From: Octopus vulgaris
Taxonomy: Eukaryota
Assembly (NCBI GenBank): GCA_951406725.2
Contig: OX597830.1
Span: 23,374,001 to 23,438,000, forward strand
Length of the DNA: 64,000 nt
Direction: 5' to 3'
Shown: piece by piece, positions 41,166 through 54,790 of the stretch
How positions within the stretch are numbered: the stretch's first letter is position 1
Layout of the letters: each line of letters opens with the position of its first letter
Notes under the pieces: generated by a model
Databases searched by the model: none
What the model was told of the DNA's origin: nothing
What the model saw: the letters and a program-made list of their open reading frames with translations, nothing else
Program-made: the position numbers and the translations under genes

Positions 41166-41930
41166 AAAGTCATACTGACCTTCCCGATTGTGCATAATCC
41201 ATCGCTTCTGGTTTGAACATTGTTGTGTTTGGTGGCCGCCATCTTTCATGAGAGATAAGACACGTTTGTACATCGGATTTAACAGGCAAAGAAGAGACTT
41301 TACGTCAGATAATCATGCTTTGAGAGCGGGACACATTAAACAACGGAAGAAGAGTGTTTTCTAGAATGTTTTTTTAGTCGTTTCATTCGTTCGTTTTTAT
41401 CGTATATTATTGGCATAATGAGAAAAAAGACGATTACAATCTTAATTGTATTAACTCTTGTTCTCACTTACCTCCCTCTTTCACCCTCGCCCCGTTTTGC
41501 CTTCCTCCTCCTTTTCTCCTCCTTGTTATTCTCTCTTCCTCTCCATTGATATATATCATTACGAGACAGGCATTATTTCTGTTCTCATAACTTATGAAAA
41601 GTAGGAGGCTGTTGTTGTTGTTGTCGAGTTTGTTGTTGTTGTTATTGTTGGCGGTAGTAATGTTATTATTGTTTAACTTTCTATTATCCCTGATCAAGCA
41701 TAAATAATCATTCCGCCTTTTAGCTACTCATAAAACCACTAGCATCCAAAACGTCTATTTTTGAGTTCGGAGGATCGGATTTGAGGCAGATTTAGGTGTT
41801 GTTTCTAACCAGTCAAGCGATATTCGCAAAGCACTCTCTTTGGTTTGTAAAAGGAGAACAAAAATAAGAATGGCAATGTGTCCCTTACCATAATGCTGGA
41901 TCGTGAGCCATCTCGTTGTATTTCTCCCGT

Positions 41931-41980
<50 letters not shown>

Positions 41981-43189
41981 GTACTGTTCCGTGATGGTAA
42001 GAGCGCAAAAAAGTAGTCCTTCTAGTGAGAGATAAATATTATTTAATAAGCACAGTATAAATTTTTATGAACCATTAGTAACTTCATATGTTCGTTATGA
42101 TATGTGGTTTTGTGCCTGATGAGTATGTCTGAGTTATTTCTCGACATATAAAACTATTAGTAGCACACACACACACACATATGTATGCGTGTGTGTGTGT
42201 GTGTATAGAAATATGCAAATTAAGCTAACTTGTACAGTAAACATTTACCATTGTCGATAGGTTGATTTGGCTGCTTTATATAGGAGCAGTGCTAGCGATT
42301 GAGGGAGGAAAACAAATAGTCTTCCTCTGAGGAGCAGTCAACAAACAGCGAAACGGTCCGACAATATCCTCCTCATCCTGTTCTTCTCGCACATTGAAAG
42401 CAAAGAGAGAACGTGTTTACATTCTTACAATTTCCTTTCACATGCTTGAGGCTTTCTAATGTTTAAATACATCTTAATCTATCTTTCACACTGTGTTATG
42501 CACAGCACATTATGGTTAGAACGTCTGGTATATTTGCAGAAGATGTGAGTTCGAGCGTCACTAGCAGCCTTCGAATTTTTTCCACTCAAGGGATTTTTTG
42601 AATCCAATTTATTTTCTGCTTTATCTACATCGATATTTATTGTTAAAAAATTATTCTATATCTCTCGAATTTTCTAAACTCTAATAACGTAAACAACTTA
42701 CAGTTCTCGCATGGAAGCAATTGGATAGAGAAAACTGAAAGTGTTCATTTTGTATAATGGTTAGAAAGTCTGTCATGCATGCTGAAGGTGTTGGTTCAAG
42801 TCCTACAAACAGCGTCCCACCTTTTTTTCCTATCCAAGGTTTTTTAAGACTAAATTTCGGCACGTTATCATTTATAAGTTTATCTACTTCGAATTTTACA
42901 GTTAAAAAATAACTCATTTCATATCTTCCGATGTCTTTAAATTCTTACATATATGTGCATGTGTGTGTGTATGTGTTTATGTATGTATGTGTGTGCGCAC
43001 TTACCTATATGTGTGTAAGTGAGTACGTTTTGTCAGTAACTGTCAGCATTGAATTCGCTGTAGCCTGGTAGCCCAGTGTTTTCCGGTTTCATAAAAAGAT
43101 TTTTCTGAATTGTCTGCATTTATTGTAAATCTCTTATCTGATATTTAAATAATGTTTTCTTTTCCAAAAAAAAAAAAAAAAATTATTAT

Positions 43190-43365
43190 GAAAAACTTTT
43201 CAGCGTTACACTAGCCGTAGGCTTTTGTCCGTTTAAGAATTTTCCAATGAATATCAATGATAGTTCCACGTTCTTTCATTTCCCTAATATAGTTGAATAG
43301 TTTAGTAACATTTCTGTTCTCTATACATCTGAAAGGAAAAGTGAAATAGGAATAACGGTAATAAA
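43190..43365 (-). pseudogene. Penelope-like GIY-YIG endonuclease fragment
   Basis: FR...NRNVTKLFNYIREMKE...IHWKILKRTKAY resembles the PLE T.LS.YIW.LK...I.W.IL motif. Confidence 0.7.
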
Positions 43366-43820
43366 GGCAACAAGCTAGCTGAATCATTAGCACGCCAGAC
43401 GAAATGCTTAGCGGCTTTTCGCCCGTCTTTACATTCTGAGTTCAAACTTCGCCGAGGTCGACTTTGCTTTTCGACCTTTCAAAGTCGATGAATTAAGTAC
43501 CAGTGAAACACTAAGGTCGATGTAATCCACTAGTCCCCCTCCCCCAAAATTTCATGCCTTGTGTCTATAAAAGAAACGATTTTTTCTGTATAATAAAGGC
43601 GACGAGTTGGCTAAATCATTAGCATGCTGGACGAAACGCTTAGCAGCATTTCGTCCGTCTTTACGTTCTGTGTTCAAATTCCGCCGAGCTCGGCTTTGCC
43701 TTTCATTCTTTTGAGGTCGATGAAATAAGTACCAGTTGTGCACTGGGGTTAATGTAATCGATTTAGTCCTTCCTCCACCCACCGAACGTTGTGACCTTGT
43801 ACCAAAAATTGAAACCATTT
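43366..43820 (+). mobile_element. Two tandem SINE B copies
   Basis: Heads at ~43366 and ~43597. Confidence 0.88.
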
Positions 43821-43829
43821 CTTCTACAT

Positions 43830-44040
43830 ACTCTTTTCTCGTGTACTTATTTCAGTCATTTAACTGTAGCCATGCTGGAGCACCGCCTTTAATCGAGCAA
43901 AGCGACCCCAGAGCTTATTCTTTGTAAGCCTAGTACTTATTCTATCGATCTCTTTTGCCGAACCGTTAAGTTACGGGGACGTAAACACACCAGCATCGGT
44001 TGTCAAGCTATGTTGGGAGGACAAACACAGACACACAAAA

Positions 44041-44085
<45 letters not shown>

Positions 44086-44240
44086 CATATATACGACGGG
44101 CTTCTTTCAGTTTCCGTCTACCAAATCCACTCACAAGGCCCGAGGCTATAGTAGAAGACACTTGCCCAAGGTGCCACGCAGTGGGACTGAACCCGGAACT
44201 ATGTGGTTCGTAAGCAAGCTACGTACCATACAGCCACTCT
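43830..44240 (-). mobile_element. SINE family A
   Basis: Family motifs. Confidence 0.92.
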
Positions 44241-44541
44241 CTTAAAAATGACTGCGGCCTCAAATATTTTCCTCAGCGTCATAGAGCAGAACGAGGCTGT
44301 TATTTTCTGTCTGTGTAAGAGTAATCTACTCTTGCTCGTACGGTTAGATATCGTGGCATTATGCTTGCTTGCTTTTTACGTATTACAATAGATACTGGCG
44401 TGGCTTTGTGGTAAGAAGCTTGCTTTTCAGACATATGGTTCCAGTTTCAGTCCTACAGCAATGTTTTCTACAATAACCTCAGGCCGACGAAAGCCTTGTG
44501 AGTAGATTTGGTTGACAGAAACTGAAAGAAGCCTGTCTATA

Positions 44542-44779
44542 CAGGGTGGCTCAAAAGTAGGTTTACAGTTATCACGTAGGCATTTTAAATTTCTTTTTAA
44601 AACATTTTATTACATTTAAATTTCTATCTTACACACTGAAAAGGGAGCTTGACAAAATTAGCTAAATTAGCATAGAATGATGGTTTCATATTTTTTTAAT
44701 AATTATGATCTAAACTGTTAATTAATATATGAATGCGAAAGAGATAGTTGAATAATTCTAAACCTACTTTTGGGCCAAC

Positions 44780-44782
<3 letters not shown>
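44542..44782. mobile_element. Tc1/mariner MITE inside a SINE A (44397-45310)
   Basis: TA|CAGGGTGGCTCAAAAGTAGGTTTA...TAAACCTACTTTTGGGCCAACCTG|TA. Confidence 0.88.
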
Positions 44783-44859
<77 letters not shown>

Positions 44860-45041
44860 AAATTGTTTTATTTGCTAAAAAAAAGTCTGAAAAATATGAT
44901 CCAGGAAATAGATGGTAAATGTTTTTATTTTTCATTCCCTTCAAAATTTTATCCCTAATTAGTGGTTTGGACTTTAGCTGTTCTTTCTAGCGTAAGGGAG
45001 TCCTATGATGGATACCTCTTAATGTGTTTAAATGTACACCC

Positions 45042-45086
<45 letters not shown>

Positions 45087-45624
45087 TATATTTATATATA
45101 AATATGTATATGTATGTGTGTGTGTGTTTGTCCCCACTATCGCTTGGTGTGTTTATGTCCTTCAATGTAGCAGTTAGGGGAAAAAAGGGGGAAAGAGGAA
45201 GTGCCATACTTTAAAAAGTTCATAAGTTCTGGGTGCGATTCCTTCGGCTATAAATGCTTCAAGGTGGTGTCCCAGCACGGCTGCAGTCTAATGACTGAAA
45301 CAAGTAAACGAATACCATGGTTCATTTAAATAATCTCCTGTATCGACGACTGATAGAAAAAAAAAGCTTATTCATTATAAAAAATAGCCATGCTACACTT
45401 AACTATAATAAGAAAGAATCGGTTGAACCAGAAGATTTTCTTACATAGTTTCCTGTTACTGAGATGTTATGGATCAGAGGTGTATTCTTACGCATATGTC
45501 GACTGACTACAGCTGTATTCTAAGAATGAGAAGAATCTACAGAAAAAAATATCTTTATTTTAGGAAAATTGAGATATTTTAGATATTTTTCTACAAATAT
45601 TCTGGACGATATTGTCGAAAAATA

Positions 45625-46146
45625 CAGGGTGTCTATTAGGTCATGGTTCAATTTAAAATACTTCGTAACTCTACTTGATAGAATTAATCTGTAAAAAGGA
45701 TAAGAAAGAAGAATGACCTAAGTTTTTTATTCATCTTGATAATTTTCAACAGGTCCACCATCATCACTATTACAGAGAAATACGATTCTGTAGTTCTCGG
45801 AAAGCATTTTTCAACTGATTTTCAATAACACTCTCCGTCACATCAGTTATCCGTGTTTTCACATCTAAAGATTGAGGCTTTGTTGAATAAACAATGCTTT
45901 TCACATGTCTCCATAAAAAGAAATCCAATGGAGTCAAATTTGGTGAACGTGAAGGCCACAATAATGGTCCACCTCTTCCAGTCCATCTATTAAGGAATTT
46001 ATCATTTGGAAACTGCCAAATTTGCAGAGCAAAGTGACAAGGTGCACCAGCTTGTTGAAAAACTGTATTCTCTATCAGCTCTAATTGTCCAAGCACAGGA
46101 ATGAAGTAACTTTGTTGCTTTGCACCATGACATTATGGACACTCTG
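45625..46146 (-). mobile_element. rosa/DD41D-like Tc1-mariner deletion derivative
   Basis: FQQ.GAPCH...F..RW.GRGGP..WP.RSP.LTPLDFFLW; TA-flanked TIRs cagggtgtc / gacactctg. Confidence 0.88.
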
Positions 46147-47087
46147 TATAGGTGGGTGGCTAAAATCAGTTGTAATGTAAATATATTTTATGTGAGATGT
46201 CTTATATGCCCTGTACCTTTTTGTGATTCACTTAGCTGTATTTATATTTGTGGATGTTATTACGTTGAAGATACTGAGTAATTTTGTACATCTGGTTTGT
46301 CTAGTGTATTCTGTGTGTCCCCGCTGACATCCTATGATAGGACTAGCTCGTTATCTCATTATAGGCTTATACCTACACACGTGAACGTATTCTTAAGCAT
46401 ATCAAGGAAGTAAACGTCCAGAAGTTCAGATATTTTTATACTACCAAACGACCTCGTACCGACATCGAATGAACCAGCAAAATCTGATTTCTTTTTTAAC
46501 GCAGAAAGACTTTTATCGAACCTAAAAATTCCATTAGCAAGTATAATGCTTTATATGTCGTTGTGATAAACTATGAGGTATACCTTGACAAAGTTCACAG
46601 TGATTGTAAGAAACTTTTCCGAGACGGAGGGAAAACATTCAACTACAACTTCTTTGGTAAGGCCAAAATAAATATAAATTAGAAAAAGTCAAATCGAGAG
46701 AAAAGTTAGCTTACATATTTATAATGATATAAATAACAAGCGAACACACTAAGGCTATACAATACAGTTTAACTGAGAGCTAACCTTCCATTACCTTCGA
46801 AGGTGAGAAGTGGAATTTTGTTTCTAATCTAAAATGCATTTTAATCAACATCGTTAAGAGCAAGATCGGATTAATTAACAAACACATTTTGAATAAAATT
46901 AATGATGGAATTAGGAAAGTCATCCACCTCTGTCAATGGTACAATGGTAGAAAGCAAACCAGGTGGTTTTAAAATGTTAGTAATGAGATTCTATGCAATA
47001 TGGATAGTGAAAGGAAGAGGGATGGGTGCATCGCGATTGCCTGCGTGGAAGTGATACGAGATCGACTGCCTCATAGGCGAAGAGGAA

Positions 47088-47141
<54 letters not shown>

Positions 47142-47349
47142 TAATAATAATAATAATAATAATAATTATTATTATTATTATTATTATATTCTTTCAATTT
47201 TGTTCTCATTTCTTGATGAGTGGCTTCCCGACACCTAGAATAAAAAACTCCACTGTATACATTGGTTGGTCATTAAAATAAAGACACCAGATTGTTCATT
47301 TACAAAGTCATGTAATAGAAAAAAAAGTGGAGAAAAAAGACAGAGATTG

Positions 47350-47427
<78 letters not shown>

Positions 47428-47428
<1 letters not shown>

Positions 47429-47845
47429 GGCAGCGAGCTAGCAGAATCGTTAGCAAGCCGGGAAAAATGCTTAGCGGCATTTTGTCTGTCTTCATGTTCT
47501 GAGTTCAAATGCGGTCGAGGTCGATTTTGCTTTTCATCCTTTCGGGGTTGAAAAATTAAGTACCAGTTGCATAATGGGGTCGATGCAATCGACTGGTCCC
47601 CTCCCCCAAAATTTCAGGCCTTGTGCGTATAGTAGAAACGATTATTATTATTATTAAGGCGGCGAGCTGGCAGAATCGTTAGTACGCTGGGAGAAATGTT
47701 TACCGGTATTTCATCTGCTTTATGTTCTGAGTTCAAATTCCACCGAAGTCGACTTTGCTCTCATCCTTTCGGGGTCGATTAAATAAGTACCAGTTATGCA
47801 CTGGGGTCGACGAAATAGACTTGATCACTTTCCCCTGTAGAAAGA
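47428..47845 (+). mobile_element. Two SINE B copies in (ATT)n tracts
   Basis: Family motifs. Confidence 0.9.
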
Positions 47846-47898
<53 letters not shown>

Positions 47899-47899
<1 letters not shown>

Positions 47900-48180
47900 G
47901 CCTTTCCACAGCTTCTAACGCTGGAGATGTACTACAGTGTCAGCTGTTCACGACCAGTGAACTAAGGTAACACCTCTTATTTTTCGAGCACCTTCCGGAG
48001 TATTCGAGCGGTTCCAAGCAGTGCTGTTTTCTGCAAGTGTTCCACCCTTATTGCAGCCTCTATATGTTCCATGTACTTTTCGAGATTTTTGCTCACTGTT
48101 CCTAGGGCTCCGAAAATTATTAGTACTACTGCTACCTTTTTCATCGACCACAACTGCTTAACTTCCCAAGCTAACCTGTC
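47899..48180 (-). mobile_element. R4/Dong-like LINE 3' end abutting (TAA)n
   Basis: EVKQLW...IIFGALGTVSK...LQKTALLGTARILRKVL is the typical R4-clade RLE C-terminus; it runs into a TAA repeat on the minus strand. Confidence 0.8.
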
Positions 48181-49140
48181 ATCTCTCTCTTTCTTCTTCG
48201 CTTCCCCTCCCTCATCCCTAGGATCCTTCGGTGAGCACCCACTGTTGCTCACCTTCTTCCTCTTGCGACCCTTCTTTGAGGAGTCCTCCGTCTCCTCGGC
48301 CGCCTTCGAACGTTCTTCAACATAAGTCTCAATCAACTGCTCCAGGACTTTGCTTTGTTCCTGAGGACAGTTTTTCTTTATATGACCAGGCTCCAGGCAC
48401 CGATGACACCGTGGGTGGGGGGGAGACCCCAAGAATCACCGGGTACCTTCCCCCGGCCATTTTCAAAAAGTCTGACATAACCAGAGTCATGACTGGTTGT
48501 GTCCACAGGGTCAAAACAGCTTTTGACCCAACCCAATCAGCCGCAGGAAGAATTTTCACATTGAGGAACCTGGGTCCGCTGCCACCCAGATCCCGGCGGA
48601 TAGTATCCTCTATCCACTGGGGTTCAATTCCGAGTGGCAAACCACAGACCCAAGCCCACGTCAATTTTTTCCCACAATAAGTGTGAAGAAACAAAATTTC
48701 TTTACCCTCAAGGGGCTGGCTCGCAAAACTGCGAGCCTCGTCTGGGGTGTCAAACAGCAACCACACCGTTGCACATTTGACACCCCTGGAGATTTACTTA
48801 ATGGTCGGCAGATGTTCCGCCAACTCCTGCTCAATCATCTGCTTGGAGAAGACGGAAATGGTGTCGACAACCTGTCTAAGCCACTCCTTAGGTGGGACAA
48901 TCTCCCACTCTACAATCTTATCCGTATTTTTTGCCATGTTTTAAATTAAAAAATAAAAAAGTCCAAAACACTAGTTCACAAATTTCAAAAATAAAAGAGA
49001 GAAATAAAAAGGAAACAAAAGGGAAGAAGAGAAAAAGCAAATAGTTCAGTAAGAAAGTCACAATAGAAGAAGAAAACAGTTCAATAAAGAGTCACGATTA
49101 AAGAATAGAAGAAAACAACAGTTCAACAAAACACAGCAAA
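48181..49140 (-). mobile_element. Tx1/L1-like ORF1 remnant plus 5' UTR
   Basis: Start at ~48938 (MAKNTDKIV), RRM-like segment, CCHC knuckle CHRCLEPGHIKKNCP; cagttca repeats in the UTR as in the first Tx1-like element. Confidence 0.75.
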
Positions 49141-49771
49141 AGAATCTTCTGGGCATTCAGGTACTCCAAGCCCTATAGTACTTTGATTAGAACCTGGACT
49201 GCTCCACTTGAAATACATCATTCCAGCTAATGGTAAACGTAGTTGTAAAAATACACACTATTTACAAACAGCGAACTGTTGGTGACAGGATACGTTACCA
49301 AACTATACTTCTCATAATGAGAAAAAATTTTCACTTCATGTGAAGACTTGAAATACAGCTTTCCAATAAATAGTAAATGTTGTAAAAACATACACTATTA
49401 AAACGTGAACAACTTTTGGTTGAAGGATATGCCCCCAAATTGTACTTCTCACAAGGAGGAAAAAAATTTCACTTAATGTGAGCAATATTGCTGAACCGCA
49501 AGCAGACCAACATGCTGAATCCAGTGAGGACTCCTTGTTTGTAAAAATTATAACCACAGACAACAATTCCCACTGGACCCAAGAGACAAAAGTCTTACCT
49601 TGAAGCAGCACGTTTTCGCTGGCTAAACACCGACAGCTATCTACTTCAGTGCGCAACACAATGACACATGCGTACACTGGCAACTAAAACTCATGGGAAG
49701 TATGCAGGCTACTTGGTAAGCAAGCTACTTACACGCCTATTGCTTTTTAGTGTGTGTGTATGTGTGTGTAT

Positions 49772-49845
<74 letters not shown>

Positions 49846-50199
49846 TTGCATTGAGAATCACTTCCCATCGCCAACCGGTGGTTGCCACACGCTGGTGACG
49901 GGTCAATTCTCAGAAACTCGGGTCCGTGTGTATCACGTCAGGCTGGGGATGGGGACGATGACTTCCCTTTGCAAATACTGATAGGGCACAGAAAGTGTGT
50001 CAATAATCAGTCTTCCTGAGGGCTACAACCTACAGTAACATCAACCCTTAAAGGTTAGCCACATTTAAGTGGAAAATATACTTCACGATATATATATATA
50101 TATATATATATAGCCCCGATGGAGCTAAAGGTGATACACATGCATTCGACTATAAGCTAATGAAGTTCCTGATATAATTTCTTATTCCTTTGTCTTTCT

Positions 50200-50480
50200 A
50201 ATTTCTTCTTCTTCTTCTTCTTCTTCTTCTTCTTCTTCTTCTTCTTCTTCCTCCTCCTCCTCCTCTTACTCGTCCTTGTCGTCGTCTTCTTCCTCCTTTT
50301 TCTGCTGCTTCCACCTTCTCCTCTTCGCCCTCTTTCCCTGCCCCTTTCTTTCCTTCTCTTTATCCTTTTCCTTTTCTCCTCCGCCTTCTCTCCTCTTCTC
50401 TTCCCCTCCTCCCCTCCTAACCCTCCTCCTCCCCTCCCCATCTCCTCCTCCCCTTCCTTCCTTCCTCCTTCTTCAATATT
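50200..50480. repeat. (CTT)n / pyrimidine-rich low-complexity tract
   Basis: Direct reading. Confidence 0.9.
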
Positions 50481-50939
50481 CTCTCTGCGCTTAGAAAGTT
50501 AAAGCTGACATACATAATCAAAAGCTCTGCCCCTCTCTCCATCCATCCATCCAGTCAACCAACCGTCCACCAACCCACCCACCCACTGATCCATCTATCA
50601 GTCGATCGATCGATCGATCGATCCATTCATTCGCAACCAGGTCGTATCGTTTCCTTTTGTTCTTCATTTGAAACATAATATGTTATAGAACCTCATTACC
50701 TAATGTGTCTCTTCTTCAGGCTATACGGCCCGAGTTCAACTGCTGCCGAAGTCAGTTTCGCTTTTCATCCTTTCCGGGGTCAATAAAATAAGTACCAATT
50801 GAACGCTGGGGTCGATGTAATCGGCTTAGCCCCTTCCTTAGAATTGATGGTCTGCCAAAATTTAAAACCATTATTAAATATATATCCCTTTTCTTTTCTG
50901 TTATTTAAAAAAAAAAATTTGCTTTGAAAGAATTAAAAG

Positions 50940-51026
<87 letters not shown>

Positions 51027-51594
51027 ACTATAATTTCTAGCGGGTCAAAAATATCAACCACATCGATTGCTGCCTTGTTGAGACGTTCGTTTGGTTTTCG
51101 AGACGCTGACTTTTCTGTTATCTTTTGCTACTGTTATGTGGAAAAGGAGGTAACGTAGGTTGGAATTTCAATTTTAATTCTATATAATTAAATCTAATTT
51201 GTCCTTGGGGTTGCTGCAATGAATGTTTTCTTTAATTATCTCCTTAAAATATAAAATCGCCAGCTAGAAACGCTTCACAGGTGATTGTTAAAAGTATTCG
51301 TACAATCACGTTTTATTTTACTACATCCTATCAAGTAAAACTGCTGCCAATTTCGGTTTGTCTGTCTGTCTGTCGGTCTGTTTGTCTGTTTATCAGTCTG
51401 TTTGTCTGTCTGTCTGTTTGTCTGTCTGTCTCTTTCTCTGATTAAGTATTCGTCTACTTAGCGTATGTGTATGTGTGTGTGTGTATATACAAATATAATT
51501 TAAAATAGCCACGCACACAGACATATGAACAAATTTCTACACATAATTATGTATGTATATATGTGCGTATGTATTATGTTATATATATATATAT

Positions 51595-51625
<31 letters not shown>

Positions 51626-51682
51626 CTTATATATATACTAATACATATGTTTATATATAAATATGTATACATATATATATAT

Positions 51683-51752
<70 letters not shown>

Positions 51753-51933
51753 ATATGTTTATACATATATATATATGTTTATATATATGTATATATATAC
51801 ATATATATATATGCATGTGAGTGTGCGTGTAATGTTACTCTCAGGGTATCCAGTGCTATTCTACTTGTTCAAACCATACCACATAATCACACACTCACAT
51901 ATATATGCACACACATACATACTTACACACACG

Positions 51934-51980
<47 letters not shown>

Positions 51981-52234
51981 ACGACTTTCTTCTGTTACTG
52001 ATATATTTGTGTCCTTAAACACAACACGTCCATATGAACAATTGTCTCCGAACGAATACTGCAATTAATTTGTCTTTTCATGATGTGCTTGCATTAAGTA
52101 TGATGCATAGATGACTATTTTAATATAATACAGCTTCTGTTGTACGTAACGGATCTTTATTCAACCAGTGGCTAACTGACGACGGCTATTGTCTCAGATT
52201 TGTTATGTACAAAAGATATCGGCTAAGTTTAAAG

Positions 52235-52550
52235 AGGCGGAATTTGAAGTCAGAACGTAGCTGCAGACGAAACACCTATTTCTTTACTACTCATAAGGGG
52301 CTAAACACAGAGAGGACAAACAAGGACAGACAAAGGGATTAAGTCGATTACATCGACCCCAGTTCGTAACTGGCACTTAATTAATCGACCCCGAAAGGAT
52401 GAAAGGCACAGTCTACCTCGGCGGAATTTGAACTCAGAACGTAGCGGCAGACGAAATACGGCCACGCATTTCGCCCGGCGTGCTAACGTTTCTGCCAGCT
52501 TTTCGCCGCCTTTATCTGGCGTGCTAACGATTCTGCCAGCTTACTACCTT
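52235..52550 (-). mobile_element. SINE family B (partly tandem)
   Basis: Family motifs. Confidence 0.9.
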
Positions 52551-52599
52551 AATAATCATATATTACAATAAATCTGAAAAAATATATCCAGGCTATATT

Positions 52600-53190
52600 T
52601 TAAGTGAATCAAGGTTACCAAGACAAACCATGCATATAGCCCCAGTAAATTTGTACAGCGTGTTCTCATAGAAAGAAACTCCCTAATGTCGTTTGAAGTG
52701 ACATTCATTCGGAAGGAGCAAAAGGATCGCTTCATTTAATATCTTTTTCATAAGCTTAATATTAAATCATTTCCTTAACCCCCCCCCCCCCCAAAAAAAA
52801 AACAGGTACAATATTATTTAACCTAACTTAGGTTCTGCACATAATCTGTATCGTATGACGAAACACGATATCTGTTCTCTCCCAAGACGGGGTAACCTCC
52901 ATTGTCATTATTATGACACTAATGGACTTTTTGTAAGTTTATCTGAAAAGCACGATGTAAGTGAATGGCGAATATTTTATACATTAATATCCCCACGAAG
53001 TCTAAAAGCTGTTTTATTGCATAATGGAAATTTAAAACCATCTATCACCATTGCTCATTCAGTGCATTTAAAAGAATATCGTGTTAACATGGAGATCCTT
53101 TCATATTGATCTCAATACAACTATTGTAGAAATCGAAAAGTGACTGTTATGTGAATGGGTATGCCAATACTGTTTCTATCTGTGCCAGCG
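52600..53190 (+). pseudogene. DNA transposase fragment, probably Chapaev3 (CMC)
   Basis: EWRIF...SLKAVLLHNGN.KPSI.IAHSVHLKE motif; family assignment from memory. Confidence 0.6.
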
Positions 53191-53233
53191 AGTGTAGTTG
53201 CGCTATAACAGTGGTTTATTAAGGCGTTGAGTG

Positions 53234-53552
53234 AAGGCGCGTTGCTTAGTGGTTAGGGCATTCGGCTCACAATTGTAAGGTCGTGAGTTCAATTCCCGGC
53301 GACACGTTGTGTCCTTAAGCAAGACACTTTATTTCACGTTGCTCCAGTCCACTCAGCAAAACTGAGTAGTACCTGTATTTCAAAGGGGCCAGCCTTGTCA
53401 CACTCTGTGTCACGCTGAATCTCCCTGAGAACAACGTTAGGGGTACACGTGTCTGTGGATTGCTCAGTCACTTGCACGTTAATTTCACGAGCAAGCTGTT
53501 CCGCTGATCGCATCAGTTGGGACCCTCGTCGTCGTAACCGACAGAGTTCTCC
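53234..53552 (+). mobile_element. SINE family D
   Basis: tRNA head plus tail shared with 18783-19340. Confidence 0.88.
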
Positions 53553-53777
53553 TTATTAAGGTGTTGAGCTGACAGGTTGGAAAAAAATGCTAAGTGGTAT
53601 TTCTTCTGGTTCTTTACGCACTGATTTAAAATTTCGCCGAGACGGATATTGTCTTTTGTGTTTCTTGGAAACGATCATTATTATTATGTCCTTTTACTTT
53701 TCAAATCCTACCCCGTACGATTTCGTCCTTGATGCTTCTGGGTTGATAAAGAAAGGACCAATAAAATTCTGAGTAAA

Positions 53778-54790
53778 GGCGTTAGCAGACCAGGCGAAAT
53801 GCTTAGCGGTATTTCGTCTGCTGTTACGTTCAGAGTTCAAATTCCGCCAAGGTCGACTTTGCCTTTCATCCATTCGGGGTTGATTAAATTAAGTACCAGT
53901 TACGCACTGGGATCGATATAATCGACTTAATCCGTTTGTCTGTCCTTGTTTGTCTCCTCTATATTTAGCCCCTTGTGGGAGTAAAGAAATAAAAAAAAGA
54001 AATAGGTATTTCGGTCTGTCTCATACGTTCTGAGTTCAAATTCCGCCTGAGGTCGACTTTGTCTGTCATCCTTTCGGGGTCGATTAAATAAGTACGAGTT
54101 ACGCACTGGGGTTGATTTAACCGACTTAATCCGTTTGTCATTGTTTGTCATCTCTGTGTTTAGCTCCTTGTGGGTAGTAAAGAAATAGGTATTTCGTCTG
54201 TCTTTACGTTCTGATTTCAAATTCCACCGAGGTCGACTTTGCCTTTCATCCTTTCGGGGTCGATAAATTAAGTATCAGTTGCGTGCTGGGGTTGATTTAA
54301 TCGACTAGCTCCCTCCCCCAGAATTTCGGGCCTTGTGCCTAGAGAAGAAAAGAATATTTTAAAGGCAGTGGCTGGCAGAATCGTTAGCACGCCAGGCGAA
54401 ATGCATAGCCGTATTTCGTCTGCCGCTACGTTCTGAGTTCAAATTCCGCCGAGGTCGACTTTGCTTTTCATCCTTTCGGGGTCGATTAGATAAGTACCAG
54501 TTATGCACTGGTGTCGATATAATCGATTTTACCAGCTCGCAGCTCATTTTGTGTCAGAAATATTAGTTTCGAATTTTTGGCACATGTCCAGAATCTTCGG
54601 GAGAAGTGGGTATTTCGTCTGCCGCTATTACATCGACCCCAGTGCGTAACTGGTACTTATTTAATCGACCCCGAAATGATGAAAGGCAAAGTTGACCTCG
54701 GTGGAATTTGAACTCAGAACGGTCCAGGAATCGAAACCACAACCTTACAATCATGAGTTCAACATCCTAACCACTAAGCCACGCGCCTCT
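53778..54790. mobile_element. Cluster / head-to-tail array of SINE B
   Basis: Four + strand units (53778-54530) followed by a - strand unit. Confidence 0.9.

Noticed and set aside
42320-42365. Hammerhead-like CTGAGGA-GC...GC-GAAACGGTC
   Set aside because: Stem I cannot form, so it is at best a decayed relic.
46991-47090. GC-richer island after (TAT)n-CAG as a minus-strand exon
   Set aside because: No recognisable peptide or donor, so unsupported without RNA data.
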